Origin: Bdellovibrionales bacterium
GTDB taxonomy: Bacteria > Bdellovibrionota > UBA1018
Length of the DNA stretch: 64,000 nucleotides
Direction: 5' to 3'
NCBI GenBank assembly: GCA_947380295.1
Contig: CANCQK010000011.1
Span: 27,975-91,974 of the forward strand
Below the pieces are notes generated by a model, which was given only the letters and a program-made list of their open reading frames with translations, had not been told where the DNA came from and ran no database searches. The translations under genes were made by a program, and so were the position numbers. Positions 26,535 to 37,504 of this stretch are shown one piece after another (position 1 is the stretch's first letter; each line of letters opens with the position of its first letter).

Positions 26535-27926
26535 TTAAGCTCCTCGGTGTCCTAAATAGGTCAGAAGATCAATTTTTGTAATAATGGTGATGAGATTTCC
26601 AGCTCGATTGGGGTCGCTCACGAGAGGGGTTTTGCCCGCTGTGACGAGTCGAGAAACCTTCTCTATTGGATCTTCAAGGGTGACGAATTCCACGGATGGG
26701 TCCACTAGGTTTTCGATAGATTGCTGGGATTGAGTTCGTCCCTCATAAAGAGCGCTAAGGAGGGTGCTTTCTGAGATTAATCCCTTAATCCAACCTGCGT
26801 CATCGATGACGGGAAGTTGGCTGATGTTTTTTTCTCTCATGCGCTCGATAATTTCCGAGACCTTTTCGCTTTGTTTGGCCATCACTACAGGTTCTTGTGA
26901 ATGTGTTGAGCCTCGAATGAGGTCCGCAACTAAGCCGAGAGAAGGCTTCTCTAAAAAACCAGCTTCTCGCATCCAGTCATCGTTGAAGACTTTGGAAAGG
27001 TAGCGATTTCCGCTGTCAGGAAGGATGACTAAAACGTTTTTATTGTGAAAGGTTTGTCCCTGTTGGCGTATCCATTTTAATGCGCCTACCGTCGCTGCTC
27101 CGCAGGAGACTCCGCAGTAGAGGCCCTCGCGAGTCAACATTTCTCGGGTCATGAGAAAGGACTCTTTGTCTTCGACTTGAATCATGTCGTCAATGACTGA
27201 AAAATCATAGTTTTTCGGGATGAAGTCTTCCCCGATGCCCTCGATTTTGTAGGTCTTCGGTGCGGACTTGAGGTTTCCAGTCTTAAAGTAATCGTAAACG
27301 ATCGACCCGACTGGGTCGACTGCGATCACCTTGCAAGAGGGTTTGTGTTCCTTGAGGTATTTTCCAACGCCACAGACAGTACCGCCGGTTCCGATTCCTG
27401 CAACAAAGACATCAATATCAGGCATTTGTCGGAGAATTTCTGGACCCGTGTACCTATAGTGAGCTTCTCGATTGGCCAGGTTGTCATACTGATTCATGTA
27501 GTAGGAGTTGGGGGTCTCTTGAGCGATTCGACGCGAAACTTGATAATAGCTCCGGGGGTCTTCGGGTGCGACTGCGGTGGGCGTGACCACTACTCTTGCT
27601 CCGAAGGCCCGGAGTGTACGAATCTTTTCTTGAGACATTTTGTCTGGTAGTACAAAAACAGTTTTGTACCCTTTGATCGCTGCGGCGATGGCTAGTCCAA
27701 CTCCTGTGTTCCCGCTGGTGCTTTCGACGATTGTTCCGCCGGGGTTGAGAAGTTGTCTTCTTTCGGCGTCCTCAATGAGGTACCAGCCGATGCGGTCTTT
27801 GATTGATCCTCCAGGATTCATAAATTCTGCCTTCGCAAAGAACTTTGCATCCCCCTTCTGAGATACCTGATTCAAACGAACAATCGGTGTGTTTCCAATG
27901 GCTTGAAGTATGTTTTCGAAGATCAT
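26535..27926 (-). CDS. cystathionine beta-synthase (PLP domain plus tandem CBS domains)
   Basis: NPGGSIKDRIG and SGNTGVGLA belong to the PLP fold type II. The C-terminal roughly 130 aa form a CBS pair (ISQLPVIDDAG...). Confidence 0.9.
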   Translation of the reverse strand: MIFENILQAIGNTPIVRLNQVSQKGDAKFFAKAEFMNPGGSIKDRIGWYLIEDAERRQLLNPGGTIVESTSGNTGVGLAIAAAIKGYKTVFVLPDKMSQEKIRTLRAFGARVVVTPTAVAPEDPRSYYQVSRRIAQETPNSYYMNQYDNLANREAHYRYTGPEILRQMPDIDVFVAGIGTGGTVCGVGKYLKEHKPSCKVIAVDPVGSIVYDYFKTGNLKSAPKTYKIEGIGEDFIPKNYDFSVIDDMIQVEDKESFLMTREMLTREGLYCGVSCGAATVGALKWIRQQGQTFHNKNVLVILPDSGNRYLSKVFNDDWMREAGFLEKPSLGLVADLIRGSTHSQEPVVMAKQSEKVSEIIERMREKNISQLPVIDDAGWIKGLISESTLLSALYEGRTQSQQSIENLVDPSVEFVTLEDPIEKVSRLVTAGKTPLVSDPNRAGNLITIITKIDLLTYLGHRGA

Positions 27927-28137
27927 CTTATTATTATGAATAGTTCAATTGATCAGGGAAGAGTAGAGGATAATTCTCTTGTTTGGATGATTTTTCGACC
28001 CAATCCCTGACAGGTTTACCTTGCGAAACAGTTTGACGTGGGCTATCAAAAAATTTCAGACTTGAACAAGATACTAGTAACTTTGACTCAACAACGATAA
28101 ATGAAGAGCAAAGTAAAAAACATTAAGTAGGTAAATC

Positions 28138-28728
28138 ATGGTTCGCATCTCTGGGACTCAAAAGAAGGTGGGCATAGCAGTTTCCTTGCTGGTAGGGCTT
28201 GTGGCTATTGCAGGAGTGCTCTGGGTTTTTCCCTCCGCCTCGAATCAAGGCTACGCTCCTGAGCAGCCCATCCCGTTCAGTCATAAACTCCACGCGGGAG
28301 ATAACAAGATTCAATGCTTGTACTGTCACTCAAATGCTGACAAGTCGCGTCACGCCACGATCCCTCCGTTGAGCGTATGCTTGAACTGTCACACTGTTGT
28401 GAAGACAGATAGTCCATACATTCAGCAAATTCAAAAGGCATTTGCCGAAGGTAAGCCGATTGAATGGGTTAGGATTCATGAGCTCCCCGATCATGCCTAT
28501 TTCCCCCATAAGCGCCACGTTGCAGCTGGTGTTGCTTGTGAAGTTTGTCACGGCGACGTTGCTAAGATGGAAAGAGTCTATCAGTACGCTCCTTTGACGA
28601 TGGGTTGGTGCATGGAATGTCATCGGGGTCAGACCACGCCTCCAGAGGTTTTGTCTAAAGCCCATCCAGGCATGAAAAATCCGAGCGGACCCGTGGCTCC
28701 TGTGAACTGTAATACGTGTCACAACTAA
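28138..28728 (+). CDS. actA: Alternative Complex III subunit ActA (pentahaem cytochrome c)
   Basis: An N-terminal TM anchor is followed by five CxxCH motifs (CLYCH, CLNCH, CEVCH, CMECH, CNTCH). It is the first gene of the act operon. Confidence 0.9.
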   Translation: MVRISGTQKKVGIAVSLLVGLVAIAGVLWVFPSASNQGYAPEQPIPFSHKLHAGDNKIQCLYCHSNADKSRHATIPPLSVCLNCHTVVKTDSPYIQQIQKAFAEGKPIEWVRIHELPDHAYFPHKRHVAAGVACEVCHGDVAKMERVYQYAPLTMGWCMECHRGQTTPPEVLSKAHPGMKNPSGPVAPVNCNTCHN

Positions 28729-28791
28729 GATCGGCCAGAGAGCGACGCAGTCGATTAGTGTTAAGAACTTTTGAAGTTGAAGAGAGATATT

Positions 28792-31700
28792 ATGGATAAT
28801 CATCACGACGAAACTAGTAAGATAGCACCTAACGCAGCTTCCTCTGTGGATAGCTCATTCGTTCCACCTCGGCATTGGATTGGTCCAGATGAGCTTGAGG
28901 CAAGCTACTGGAGTAATCCCCAGGTTCAAGAAAAGCGAAGCCAAGAGTTTTTTGAAAAACCTGTTGAGTTTATCGATAAGTTAGATCGAAGTCCCCAGGG
29001 CGGCGTGGCGAGACGTGACTTTCTCACGATCATGAGTGCCAGTATGGCGATGGCGGGTTTTGCCTGTGCTCGGCGCCCCGTTCACAAAATCATCCCTTAC
29101 GTCGTTAAGCCTGAAGAAATCACCCCAGGTGTTCCGAATTGGTATGCGTCCACCTGTCAGGAGTGTGCAAAAGGTTGCGGCGTTTTAATTAAGAACCGTG
29201 AAGGACGTCCAATTAAGCTCGAGGGTAATCCAGATCACCCAGTGAACAAGGGATCGCTCTGTGGTCGCGGCCAAGCTTCAGTTTTAGGCTTGTACGACCC
29301 AGATCGCCTGAAAGCTCCAGTGGCTCGGAATCGTGCCGATGGGACCCGTAAGGAATCAAATTGGGCCGATGTGGATGCAGCTATTCAGGCCCAGCTTAAG
29401 AAAATTGCAGGCCAAGGCGGACGAGTTAAGGTTCTGTCAGGTGAGATTCAGAGCGAATCTACCCGCCGGTTGGTCAAAGAGTTTTTGGGTGCTTTCCCGA
29501 AGGGCGAGCATATTGAGTTTGAGCCGCTTGCTTTGGATGAAGTACCAGCCGCTCAGGCGCTCTCCTATGGAAATGCTGTTGTTCCAAGATACCGCTTTGA
29601 TCAGGCTCACTACGTGCTCTCTCTGGGTTCCGATTTCTTAGGGAATGGCCTTTCTCCTCTCGAGTCTACAAAACTCTGGACTGAGCGGCGCAAGCTCTTA
29701 GGGCAGAATCCGGCGCAGGCCCAACTCGGAAAGTTAGTTTGCGTTGAGTCTATGATGACCCTGACTGGGGCAAACGCAGATCAGAGAATGCCGGTTCGAC
29801 CAGGCGATGAGCTCAAAGTAGGGATGGCAGTTGCCCATGATTTGATCATTCGGCAGAAAAAGTCTCGATTTGCTCAGGACAACTCCGTGATTTCTGCTCT
29901 GCAGGGGTACTCACCCGAGGTGGTTGCGGCTGAGATTGGCCTTTCGCAGGGCGCGGAAAGTATCCGTGCGATAGCTTCTGCTCTTTGGGAGAATCAGGGT
30001 AAGAGCATTGTGGTTGCCGGAAGTGTTCAGGCTAAAACCGCAGATGCAATGGCCTTACAGATTGTTGCAAATCTTTTAAATTCCGCTCTCGATAATGACG
30101 GCAAGACGGTTGATGGAAGCGTGAACTACTCTGTCAGCAGAAGTAGTTTTGTTGCTTTGAGTCGCCTCGCCGACGAGATGAAGGCAGGACAAGTTGATGC
30201 GTTAATCGTCTATCGCTCGAACCCGCTTTACGCAGCACCGAGAGCTGCTCTTGGTTTGGCCGAAGGATTGAAGCGCGTACCGCTGGTGATTGTGGTTTCT
30301 GAGTACGAAGACGAGACTGCTGCTCTGGCTGACTACGTTTTGCCAGATCACCATTACCTCGAAAACTGGGGTGATGCTCATCCAAATCAGGCAGTTTACA
30401 GCCTGCAGCAGCCGGCCATGGCTCCTATTCATTCGAGCCGCGCTTTCCAAGACTCGCTCTTGATTTGGAAAAAAGGTGGCTTAGCTGTGAGTGGTCTTGC
30501 CGCTAAATCACTTGATTGGCATGATTACCTCCAGAATAACTGGAAAGAAACAGTCTATCGAGAAGTTGGCGCCGCAGGTTCATTTGAGCAGTTCTGGAAC
30601 GGAACGCTTCGAGCAGGAGTTGTGGATGTTTTTGCTGCGAAGGGCATCTCTTCTGAGAAGGTTGCCCCTCGTGCTTTCAGAACAGCTTCAGTTGCGAACC
30701 TACCCAAGTACAGTGCGCAAACTGAGGCTCTTACATTAGCTCTTTATGCCAAGACCTCGCTGTATGACGGCAGAAATGCAAATAATGCTTGGCTCCAAGA
30801 GTTGCCAGATTCGATTTCATCCGTCACTTGGGATAATTATATCAATTTGAGTCCAGCACTAGCGAAGAAGCTCGATCTTAAAGATGATGATGTAGTTGAG
30901 TTGGTGTCCGGTGATCGCTCCGTCGAGCTTCCGTTGCACATTCAGCCCGGTCTTCATTCTCAAGTGGTGACGGTCGCTGTGGGCTACGGCCGCACTGCTG
31001 TGGGCAAGGTCGGTAATCATACCGGTGTAGACGTGTTCCCATTGACTCAGGTTTCTGGAGCAAAAGGGGCCCCTCCTGCCTTGGTCTATGCAGGTCAGAA
31101 GGTCAGCCTCCGAAAAACTGGAAAATTCTACAAACTAGCGCTCACTCAGTGGCACACCGCAACTGAGAATCGCCCTGTGATCAATGATATTACCTTGGCT
31201 GAGTATCGAAAAAATCCGGCTCAGTCTAACCATACCGATCCACATCTTCGCTTGGAGACCGTTCCTACGATGTGGAAAAAGCATGAGTACAAGGGATATC
31301 GATGGGGAATGGCGATCGACCTGACTGCTTGCACCGGGTGCAGTGCTTGTATGATTGCATGCCAGGCTGAAAATAATGTGCCTGTTGTCGGTCGCGATCA
31401 GGTGCGTGTAAGTCGGCAAATGCACTGGATCAAGATTGATCGTTACTACTCTGGCTCGGCGGAAAACCCGAATGTGGTGTTTCAACCGATGCTTTGTCAG
31501 CATTGCGAAAATGCGCCTTGCGAAACCGTCTGCCCGGTTTTGGCAACGGTTCATGATGATGAAGGCTTGAACGTTCAGGTTTATAATCGCTGCGTAGGTA
31601 CTCGCTACTGCCAGAACAACTGTCCTTACAAAGTTCGACGATTTAACTTCTTCGATCATTGGAAGTCGTATGAAGGGACTGCTAACATGGTCTGGAACCC

Positions 31701-32031
31701 AGACGTGTCAGTCAGAACCCGCGGGATCATGGAAAAGTGTACTTTCTGCGTCCAACGAATTCGCGAGGCCAAGGATCTTGCAAAAGATGCTGGCGATCAG
31801 GTGAAAGACGGTGCGTTGAAAGCTGCATGCCAACAAACCTGTCCTGCTGATGCAATCGTGTTCGGGAATTTGAATGACCCCGAAAGTCGAGTTTCTAAAA
31901 TGAAGGAAAGCCCACAGGCATTCCGAGTTCTGGAAGTTCTCAACACGCTTCCAGCAGTTTCATACATGACCAAAGTTCGGAACCAGGCTGGGTCGGCTCA
32001 TTCTGGGCATGGCGCTGGACATGCTGAATAG
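28792..32031 (+). CDS. actB: Alternative Complex III subunit ActB (molybdopterin-oxidoreductase-like domain fused to an FeS domain)
   Basis: The Tat-like motif is [19 protein letters not shown]. The Cys clusters are [39 protein letters not shown] and [19 protein letters not shown]. The ATG at 28792 is preferred over the TTG at 28771. Confidence 0.92.
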   Translation: MDNHHDETSKIAPNAASSVDSSFVPPRHWIGPDELEASYWSNPQVQEKRSQEFFEKPVEFIDKLDRSPQGGVARRDFLTIMSASMAMAGFACARRPVHKIIPYVVKPEEITPGVPNWYASTCQECAKGCGVLIKNREGRPIKLEGNPDHPVNKGSLCGRGQASVLGLYDPDRLKAPVARNRADGTRKESNWADVDAAIQAQLKKIAGQGGRVKVLSGEIQSESTRRLVKEFLGAFPKGEHIEFEPLALDEVPAAQALSYGNAVVPRYRFDQAHYVLSLGSDFLGNGLSPLESTKLWTERRKLLGQNPAQAQLGKLVCVESMMTLTGANADQRMPVRPGDELKVGMAVAHDLIIRQKKSRFAQDNSVISALQGYSPEVVAAEIGLSQGAESIRAIASALWENQGKSIVVAGSVQAKTADAMALQIVANLLNSALDNDGKTVDGSVNYSVSRSSFVALSRLADEMKAGQVDALIVYRSNPLYAAPRAALGLAEGLKRVPLVIVVSEYEDETAALADYVLPDHHYLENWGDAHPNQAVYSLQQPAMAPIHSSRAFQDSLLIWKKGGLAVSGLAAKSLDWHDYLQNNWKETVYREVGAAGSFEQFWNGTLRAGVVDVFAAKGISSEKVAPRAFRTASVANLPKYSAQTEALTLALYAKTSLYDGRNANNAWLQELPDSISSVTWDNYINLSPALAKKLDLKDDDVVELVSGDRSVELPLHIQPGLHSQVVTVAVGYGRTAVGKVGNHTGVDVFPLTQVSGAKGAPPALVYAGQKVSLRKTGKFYKLALTQWHTATENRPVINDITLAEYRKNPAQSNHTDPHLRLETVPTMWKKHEYKGYRWGMAIDLTACTGCSACMIACQAENNVPVVGRDQVRVSRQMHWIKIDRYYSGSAENPNVVFQPMLCQHCENAPCETVCPVLATVHDDEGLNVQVYNRCVGTRYCQNNCPYKVRRFNFFDHWKSYEGTANMVWNPDVSVRTRGIMEKCTFCVQRIREAKDLAKDAGDQVKDGALKAACQQTCPADAIVFGNLNDPESRVSKMKESPQAFRVLEVLNTLPAVSYMTKVRNQAGSAHSGHGAGHAE

Positions 32032-32036
32032 GAAAG

Positions 32037-33461
32037 GTGAATAGATTCATGAGTACCTCTACGGAAGTGACGACCTTTAAACCTGAAGCTCTAGTAACCG
32101 GCGGCAAAAACTACGTGAGCGTCAACGACGACGTTTCGGCCCCGTTAGAGCGTTTTCCCGCCAAAACGTGGTGGATCTGCTTCATTGCAGCAATTTTGGC
32201 TTTCAGCCTTGGAGCAGTGCTCGCTGCGCAGATGTTCATGGATGGCTTGGGAGTTCTTGGACTTAACCAGCCCAACGGCTGGGGTATCTTCATTGTAAAC
32301 TTTGTCTTTTGGGTGGGTATCGGTCATGCCGGTACTTTGATTTCGGCGGTTCTGTTCTTGTTTCGACAAAAGTGGCGTACCGCGATTAATCGTTCCGCAG
32401 AGGCGATGACTATTTTTGCAGTGATGACGGCCCTTTTGTTCCCAGTGATTCACACAGGTCGTCCTTGGTATGCAGCGATTTGGCTCTTGCCTTATCCGAA
32501 TCAAAGGCACCTCTGGGTGAATTTTCGTTCACCGCTGTTGTGGGACGTTTTCGCTGTTGGCACCTACTTTACGATTTCCTTGACGTTCTGGTTCGTTGGT
32601 TTGATACCGGACTTGGCTTCGATCCGTGATCGAGCCAAAAATCCGATTCGCAAAACGATCTACACTTTGCTGTCTTTAGGTTGGAGAGGTTCAAATAAGA
32701 ACTGGAGCCACTATGAGACGACCTACATGATTCTGGCAGGTCTCTCGACTCCTCTTGTTCTTTCCGTTCATAGCGTGGTTTCATTTGACTTCGCGACGTC
32801 CAACGTGCCGGGATGGCATACTACCATTTTCCCTCCTTACTTTGTTGCAGGGGCAATTTTCTCAGGCTTCGCCATGGTGGTGACTTTGCTGGTTATTGCG
32901 CGTGAAGCTTTTAATTTGAAAAGCTACATCACCCTCAATCACTTAGAGAAAATGAACAAGATCATCATGGCGACAGGGATGATCGTAGGTTACGCCTACT
33001 CCTGTGAGTTTTTCATTGCTTGGTACAGTGGTAGCCCATTTGAGAGATTTGCATTCATTAACCGTGCATTCGGCCCTTATTGGTGGGCTTACTGGATCAT
33101 GGTGAGCTGCAACGTCTTTATTCCCCAAGTTTTCTGGTTCAAGAAGGCGCGAACCAGCATTCCGGTGATGTTTGTCGTTTCCCTTTTTGTGAACATTGGG
33201 ATGTGGTTTGAACGATTTGTGATCGTTGTGACCTCTCTTCATCGTGACTTTTTGCCTTCTAATTGGAAGTACTATGTTCCTACTTGGTACGACTGGGGCA
33301 TTACTCTGGGTAGTTTTGGTTGGTTCTTCATTTGGTTCCTCTTGTTTTGTAGAGTGCTACCAGTGATCGCAATGGCCGAAGTGAAGGGTGTTATGAATCT
33401 AGAAGAAGGGGACGAAAAGCACGATCCATCCCCATTGAAGGAGGTTCCTGCTCATGGATAA
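32037..33461 (+). CDS. actC: Alternative Complex III subunit ActC (NrfD/PsrC-like quinol-binding membrane subunit)
   Basis: This is a polytopic membrane protein immediately downstream of act[12 protein letters not shown] and the PWY...W-rich helices are NrfD-like. The start could instead be the ATG at 32049. Confidence 0.88.
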   Translation: MNRFMSTSTEVTTFKPEALVTGGKNYVSVNDDVSAPLERFPAKTWWICFIAAILAFSLGAVLAAQMFMDGLGVLGLNQPNGWGIFIVNFVFWVGIGHAGTLISAVLFLFRQKWRTAINRSAEAMTIFAVMTALLFPVIHTGRPWYAAIWLLPYPNQRHLWVNFRSPLLWDVFAVGTYFTISLTFWFVGLIPDLASIRDRAKNPIRKTIYTLLSLGWRGSNKNWSHYETTYMILAGLSTPLVLSVHSVVSFDFATSNVPGWHTTIFPPYFVAGAIFSGFAMVVTLLVIAREAFNLKSYITLNHLEKMNKIIMATGMIVGYAYSCEFFIAWYSGSPFERFAFINRAFGPYWWAYWIMVSCNVFIPQVFWFKKARTSIPVMFVVSLFVNIGMWFERFVIVVTSLHRDFLPSNWKYYVPTWYDWGITLGSFGWFFIWFLLFCRVLPVIAMAEVKGVMNLEEGDEKHDPSPLKEVPAHG

Positions 33462-34023
33462 TCAGACTAAAGCTCCACATCTAGCAGGTGTTATCGGGTT
33501 TTTCAGTGATCCTCATCAGTTGCTCCATGCAACGGAGAAGGTGCGCGACTCGAGCTACAAACACTTCGACGCGTTCACTCCTTATCCGGTCCATGGCATG
33601 GATGCAGCTCAGGGATTAAAGCGTTCTCCTTTGCCTTTCGTGACTTTTGCTGCGGGCCTGACGGGTTGTACCTTAGGGTTTTTGCTGCAGTATTGGACAT
33701 CGGTTGTGGACTGGCCAATTATTGTAGGGGGCAAGCCCATGAATTCTTGGCCTGCATTTGTCCCCGTCATGTTCGAGTGTACGATCTTGTTCGCCGGTTT
33801 GGCGACAGTGGGCGCCATGTTCCTCTTGAACGGCCTCCCGAATCACAAAAGAAAGTCATTTGACCCGAGAATTACTCGTGATCAGTTTGCTCTTTTAATT
33901 GAGGCTCCCGTTGCTCTCGAGGCGGACCGTGCCGAGCAGTTTAATGAGAGTAAAGCTGCGGAGTTTTTGAAGTCGATCGGTGCGAAGGAAGTGAAAAGCG
34001 TTTACTCCGAGGGATGGTTCTAA
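33454..34023 (+). CDS. actD: Alternative Complex III subunit ActD (DUF3341-type)
   Basis: 189 aa. It overlaps actC by 8 nt. [37 protein letters not shown] matches the ActD/DUF3341 N-terminus. Two TM helices are present. Confidence 0.85.
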   Translation: MDNQTKAPHLAGVIGFFSDPHQLLHATEKVRDSSYKHFDAFTPYPVHGMDAAQGLKRSPLPFVTFAAGLTGCTLGFLLQYWTSVVDWPIIVGGKPMNSWPAFVPVMFECTILFAGLATVGAMFLLNGLPNHKRKSFDPRITRDQFALLIEAPVALEADRAEQFNESKAAEFLKSIGAKEVKSVYSEGWF

Positions 34024-34601
34024 TCATGCAAGTTACATTTCGCGATTCATTTTCGCAGTTGGTGCTACTTTTGGGGATTTCTTTAGGGGTAGTTGGCTGT
34101 AAGCACGAAAAACCCAACTACATTTATATGCCAGATATGGTTTACAGCCCGGCATTGAAGGCCCAGAAAGAGGGCTCGATGCGGATGCCGGTTCAGGGCA
34201 CTGTGCCCCGGGATTTTGTGCCTTATCCTTATAAGAATGACCCGGATGCGGCAGGACGAGAGTTGAAAAACCCTCTTCGTCCAACCCAGGCGGTCCTCGA
34301 ACGAGGACAGCAGGTGTTCAACATCACCTGCCGTGCCTGCCACGGCTCCCTCGGACTTGGAGATGGAACGGTAGTTCCTCGCTACCCTCGCCCACCATCG
34401 CTGCAGTCCGATAAGGTCAGGAACTGGCCGGACGGAAGTATTTACCACGTCATTACGATGGGACAGAATATCATGCCGAGTTATGCTTCTCAGATTGCTC
34501 CGGCAGATCGTTGGAAGGTGGTTCATTACGTGAGAGTCCTCCAGCGCTCTCAGCACCCGACCGCTGAAGATCTTAAAATTTTAAATCAGGAGTCTAAGTG
34601 A
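34014..34601 (+). CDS. actE: Alternative Complex III subunit ActE (monohaem cytochrome c lipoprotein)
   Basis: The lipobox is LGVVGC and there is a single CRACHG haem site, followed by IMPSY. The gene overlaps its neighbours. Confidence 0.85.
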   Translation: MVLIMQVTFRDSFSQLVLLLGISLGVVGCKHEKPNYIYMPDMVYSPALKAQKEGSMRMPVQGTVPRDFVPYPYKNDPDAAGRELKNPLRPTQAVLERGQQVFNITCRACHGSLGLGDGTVVPRYPRPPSLQSDKVRNWPDGSIYHVITMGQNIMPSYASQIAPADRWKVVHYVRVLQRSQHPTAEDLKILNQESK

Positions 34602-35797
34602 CCATGGGACACGCTACGACCATAAAAAATCCAGGAACCTTTGAGGTGTCTGGGACCATTAAAAATATTCTCATTGCATGTGTTGCAGTGGGTGTCGTTA
34701 CTTTTGCGTTTAGTTTAAATGCCGATCCAACCCGTGCATGGGCAAGCTTCGTGATGAATCACTTTTACTTCATGAGTTTGGCCATCGGGGGATTATTCTT
34801 TGCCACTCTTCAGTGGATCACTGGTGCAATGTGGAGCGCGCCTATTCGTCGAGTGGGTGAGTCCTTGACGGCGTATCTGCCTGTTGTTTTTGTGACTTTC
34901 GCCATTTTGTACTTTGGTGTGCCAAAGCTTTATCTTTGGAGTCACATGGAACATGTTAAGGGCGACCTGGTTCTTGAGGGTAAGTCAGGCTATCTCAGCT
35001 TGGGCTTTTTTGTGATCCGCAATGTGGTTGCGATTGCTCTCTGGATTTTCTTCGCTCTCAAGATGGTAGGTAATTCGATTGCACAAGATGCGAGTCGCGA
35101 CTATCGATTGACGGAAAAGAATCGGTTTTGGTCTCCCGTTTTTCTGATTGTTTTTTCACTTACTTTTACTATGGCGAGTTTTGACCAGCTGATGTCCCTC
35201 GATCCTCATTGGTTTAGTACCATTTTTGGGGTTTATACATTTGCCGGCATGTTCTACTCGACCTTGGCTACTATTTGCTTGTTGACCTTGCTGCTGAAGT
35301 CTCATGGCAAATTGGACGGTTTAGTGAATGAAAACCATCTGCATGATCTAGGTAAGTACATGTTCGCTTTCACCGTGTTCTGGGCTTACATCGGATTTTC
35401 TCAGTTCATGTTGATCTGGTACGCGAACTTGCCTGAAGAAACCGGCTACTTTATTCGCAGGATGGAAGATGGCTGGATGGGTGTTTCCACGTTTTTATTG
35501 GTGGGAAAATTCCTGGTTCCTTTTTTCATCTTGATGCCTCGTGAGGCTAAGAGAAATGAAAAAGTCCTCCGAAACGTTGGGATTTTCATGTTGATCGCTC
35601 AGTGGGTGGATATGCTCTGGATGGTTCAACCAGAGTTTTTCAAGGATGGTCCCCGAATCGGTTTGACCGAAATTGGAGTCACTCTTGGATTTCTGGGTGT
35701 CTTCGGTCTGATGGTTTTCCGATTCCTTGCTAAGTATAATGTCGTTGCAATTGGTGACCCTAGACTCGAAGAGTCAGTTAGCCACCATCATCAATAG
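34598..35797 (+). CDS. actF: Alternative Complex III subunit ActF (second NrfD-like membrane subunit)
   Basis: This 399-aa polytopic membrane protein overlaps actE by 4 nt and is the last gene of the operon, followed by a terminator. Confidence 0.85.
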   Translation: MTMGHATTIKNPGTFEVSGTIKNILIACVAVGVVTFAFSLNADPTRAWASFVMNHFYFMSLAIGGLFFATLQWITGAMWSAPIRRVGESLTAYLPVVFVTFAILYFGVPKLYLWSHMEHVKGDLVLEGKSGYLSLGFFVIRNVVAIALWIFFALKMVGNSIAQDASRDYRLTEKNRFWSPVFLIVFSLTFTMASFDQLMSLDPHWFSTIFGVYTFAGMFYSTLATICLLTLLLKSHGKLDGLVNENHLHDLGKYMFAFTVFWAYIGFSQFMLIWYANLPEETGYFIRRMEDGWMGVSTFLLVGKFLVPFFILMPREAKRNEKVLRNVGIFMLIAQWVDMLWMVQPEFFKDGPRIGLTEIGVTLGFLGVFGLMVFRFLAKYNVVAIGDPRLEESVSHHHQ

Positions 35798-35822
35798 TTA
35801 GAAGTTAAAAAGATCGTTTTTT

Positions 35823-35852
35823 AACCCCGGCCAGTAGGTCGGGGTTTTTTCT
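35823..35852 (+). terminator. rho-independent terminator after actF
   Basis: The stem AACCCCGGCC / GGTCGGGGTT includes one G-U pair, with loop AGTA, followed by TTTTTTCTTTTT. Confidence 0.75.
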
Positions 35853-35869
35853 TTTTCTAGGGGTAAAAA

Positions 35870-36463
35870 ATGGCAAAAAGGCGCGGATCACGATCCCTTC
35901 GTATGGGTCTTATTTTTTTTCTTCAGATCACTTTTTGGAGTGCTCCACCGGAGTGTTCGGCTGATGTAGAGAGTTCTGGGGTGGTGCAGCATTTTTTGCG
36001 AGTGATCCAATCTGGAGATCCTGTTTATAATCAGTTTTGTCAGGCATTTCGTAATCTGAGGCTCTTGGTCGAAACTCCAGCTTGGGAGGCGCAAGATCAT
36101 ACTTTAATTTGGAGTGGCCCTGCTCCCGGACTCAGAGAATATCATCGGGCAAAGTCCTACTGTGAGTGTATTGGTGCAAAGCTTCCAAGTCAGGAAGAAT
36201 TTTGGGCTTTGAGTCGTGCTCTAGGTGCAGCAGCCCCGCAGAGTAATCAGAGTTTGAGTGGCTACAATCCTAGTCCATTTCCTGCTTCCTTAGAGGATAT
36301 TTTTTGGACGGAGACGAAAGATGTGATTCGGGTGTATGCCTATGTTTTTTCAGGGTATGATGGCTATCAAGGATTAAACCACATTGAGACCCCGCGAAGA
36401 GTCGTTTGTGTGTTTAGATCGAGAGTCCAAGACCCGTTGACAGATCATATCCAGACAGAGTGA
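35870..36463 (+). CDS. small secreted DUF1566/Lcl-like domain protein
   Basis: It has a signal-like N-terminus (LRMGLIFFLQITFWSA). LIWSGP...YHRAKSYCECIGAKLPSQEEFWALSRALG...IFWTETK...YVFSGYDGY...RRVVCVF follows the DUF1566 pattern: W..A..C...g..LP...E...L, then yWs, then vRCV. Confidence 0.65.
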   Translation: MAKRRGSRSLRMGLIFFLQITFWSAPPECSADVESSGVVQHFLRVIQSGDPVYNQFCQAFRNLRLLVETPAWEAQDHTLIWSGPAPGLREYHRAKSYCECIGAKLPSQEEFWALSRALGAAAPQSNQSLSGYNPSPFPASLEDIFWTETKDVIRVYAYVFSGYDGYQGLNHIETPRRVVCVFRSRVQDPLTDHIQTE

Positions 36464-37448
36464 TGCTGCCGTTTGTGCGGAGGTACTGGGCCTGGATGCC
36501 TAAGCTCACGTGTGAAACTAAAGGAACGCTCAGGCGCGAAGTAATTTTCCATCCCTGACTGGTTAGTGCGGTGGATGAGCCTGCGAGAGTTGAACTTGCT
36601 AGCAAGCTATAGGCTCCATCCAAAAAGAAATGTGCAGACTGTCCAAGGAGAGGGAAGTGGGTGTGAACGCCAGCCCCTGCCCAGATGATCTGTGTCGAAA
36701 GGGTGGCGTATCCTGTCGGGCTGCCCGCGTTTGAGCCTAGCGGATACGGCAGAGGTAGTGACTCATAATTGACGAAAACATAAGGCGAAAAAGATGTTTT
36801 ATTGAGATACTCTGCTTGAAGTTGAGTACTCCAGATCAACGGAAAAGTGTAAGTGCTTGATCCAAAAACATAGGTGAGATGAGCGCGAACTGTGAGGTCA
36901 AGTCCCGATATTCGAGGATTTTTACCAAACAAATAGGAGATCAGCGGGCTTGCGCTGATTCCATAGGTGTTGGCGCCTGAGGTTCGGCTGCCTCCGCTAT
37001 TGGTTGTGTAGGAGTAGTTAAAAGCCCCCGATCCTCCGACAAGCAGTTGTGCTCTCCATCGAGGGCCGTTGTAGGGCGGTGCCGTATTTACTTTGGCCGT
37101 AACTTGCGGTTCGGTTTTTGAGGATGCTGGTCTTCTAGGGGATGCGGATATCGCTGTTTCAGGCAGCCAGGCGAACTTCTGGCCTTGGACTGGTTTTCCT
37201 AAAAGAACGGCTCGAAAACCATTTTTAGATTTTTTTGTGACCCAGACTCGGATTGAGCCCGGAGATTGTCCGATAATGGGTGACTTCTGGGTTGGGGTGA
37301 GTCTCAGTGGAGTGGGGTCTTTGCGGGTGATTCCTTTCATCCAGGGTGAGTTGTCTTCCGCTGCAAAAGAAAACTGAGGGAACGATAAAAGTACTAAAAA
37401 AGCTAAACTCTTTAGTTTTAGACTGTTAGGTGCAGCCCTCCTGTTCAT
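36414..37448 (-). CDS. hypothetical outer-membrane beta-barrel-like protein
   Basis: It has the signal peptide LAFLVLLSFPQFSFA, followed by a small N-terminal domain and a Ser/Gly/Thr/Tyr-rich alternating C-terminal region. Its 3' end overlaps the convergent ORF 35870-36463 by 50 nt. Confidence 0.5.
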   Translation of the reverse strand: MNRRAAPNSLKLKSLAFLVLLSFPQFSFAAEDNSPWMKGITRKDPTPLRLTPTQKSPIIGQSPGSIRVWVTKKSKNGFRAVLLGKPVQGQKFAWLPETAISASPRRPASSKTEPQVTAKVNTAPPYNGPRWRAQLLVGGSGAFNYSYTTNSGGSRTSGANTYGISASPLISYLFGKNPRISGLDLTVRAHLTYVFGSSTYTFPLIWSTQLQAEYLNKTSFSPYVFVNYESLPLPYPLGSNAGSPTGYATLSTQIIWAGAGVHTHFPLLGQSAHFFLDGAYSLLASSTLAGSSTALTSQGWKITSRLSVPLVSHVSLGIQAQYLRTNGSITLSGYDLSTGLGLSI

Positions 37449-37504
37449 TATTTTATAGTAAATGAATTGAATAGGAGGTCGCTAGGATTATTTTTGGTGA
37501 TGAC

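Noticed and set aside
27927-28137. 211-bp divergent spacer between the cystathionine beta-synthase gene and actA, considered for a SAM/Met riboswitch.
   Set aside because: I could not find the conserved SAM-I or SAM-II helices or any extended pairing. The AT-rich sequence is more consistent with two divergent promoters. A covariance-model scan (Rfam/Infernal) would settle this.
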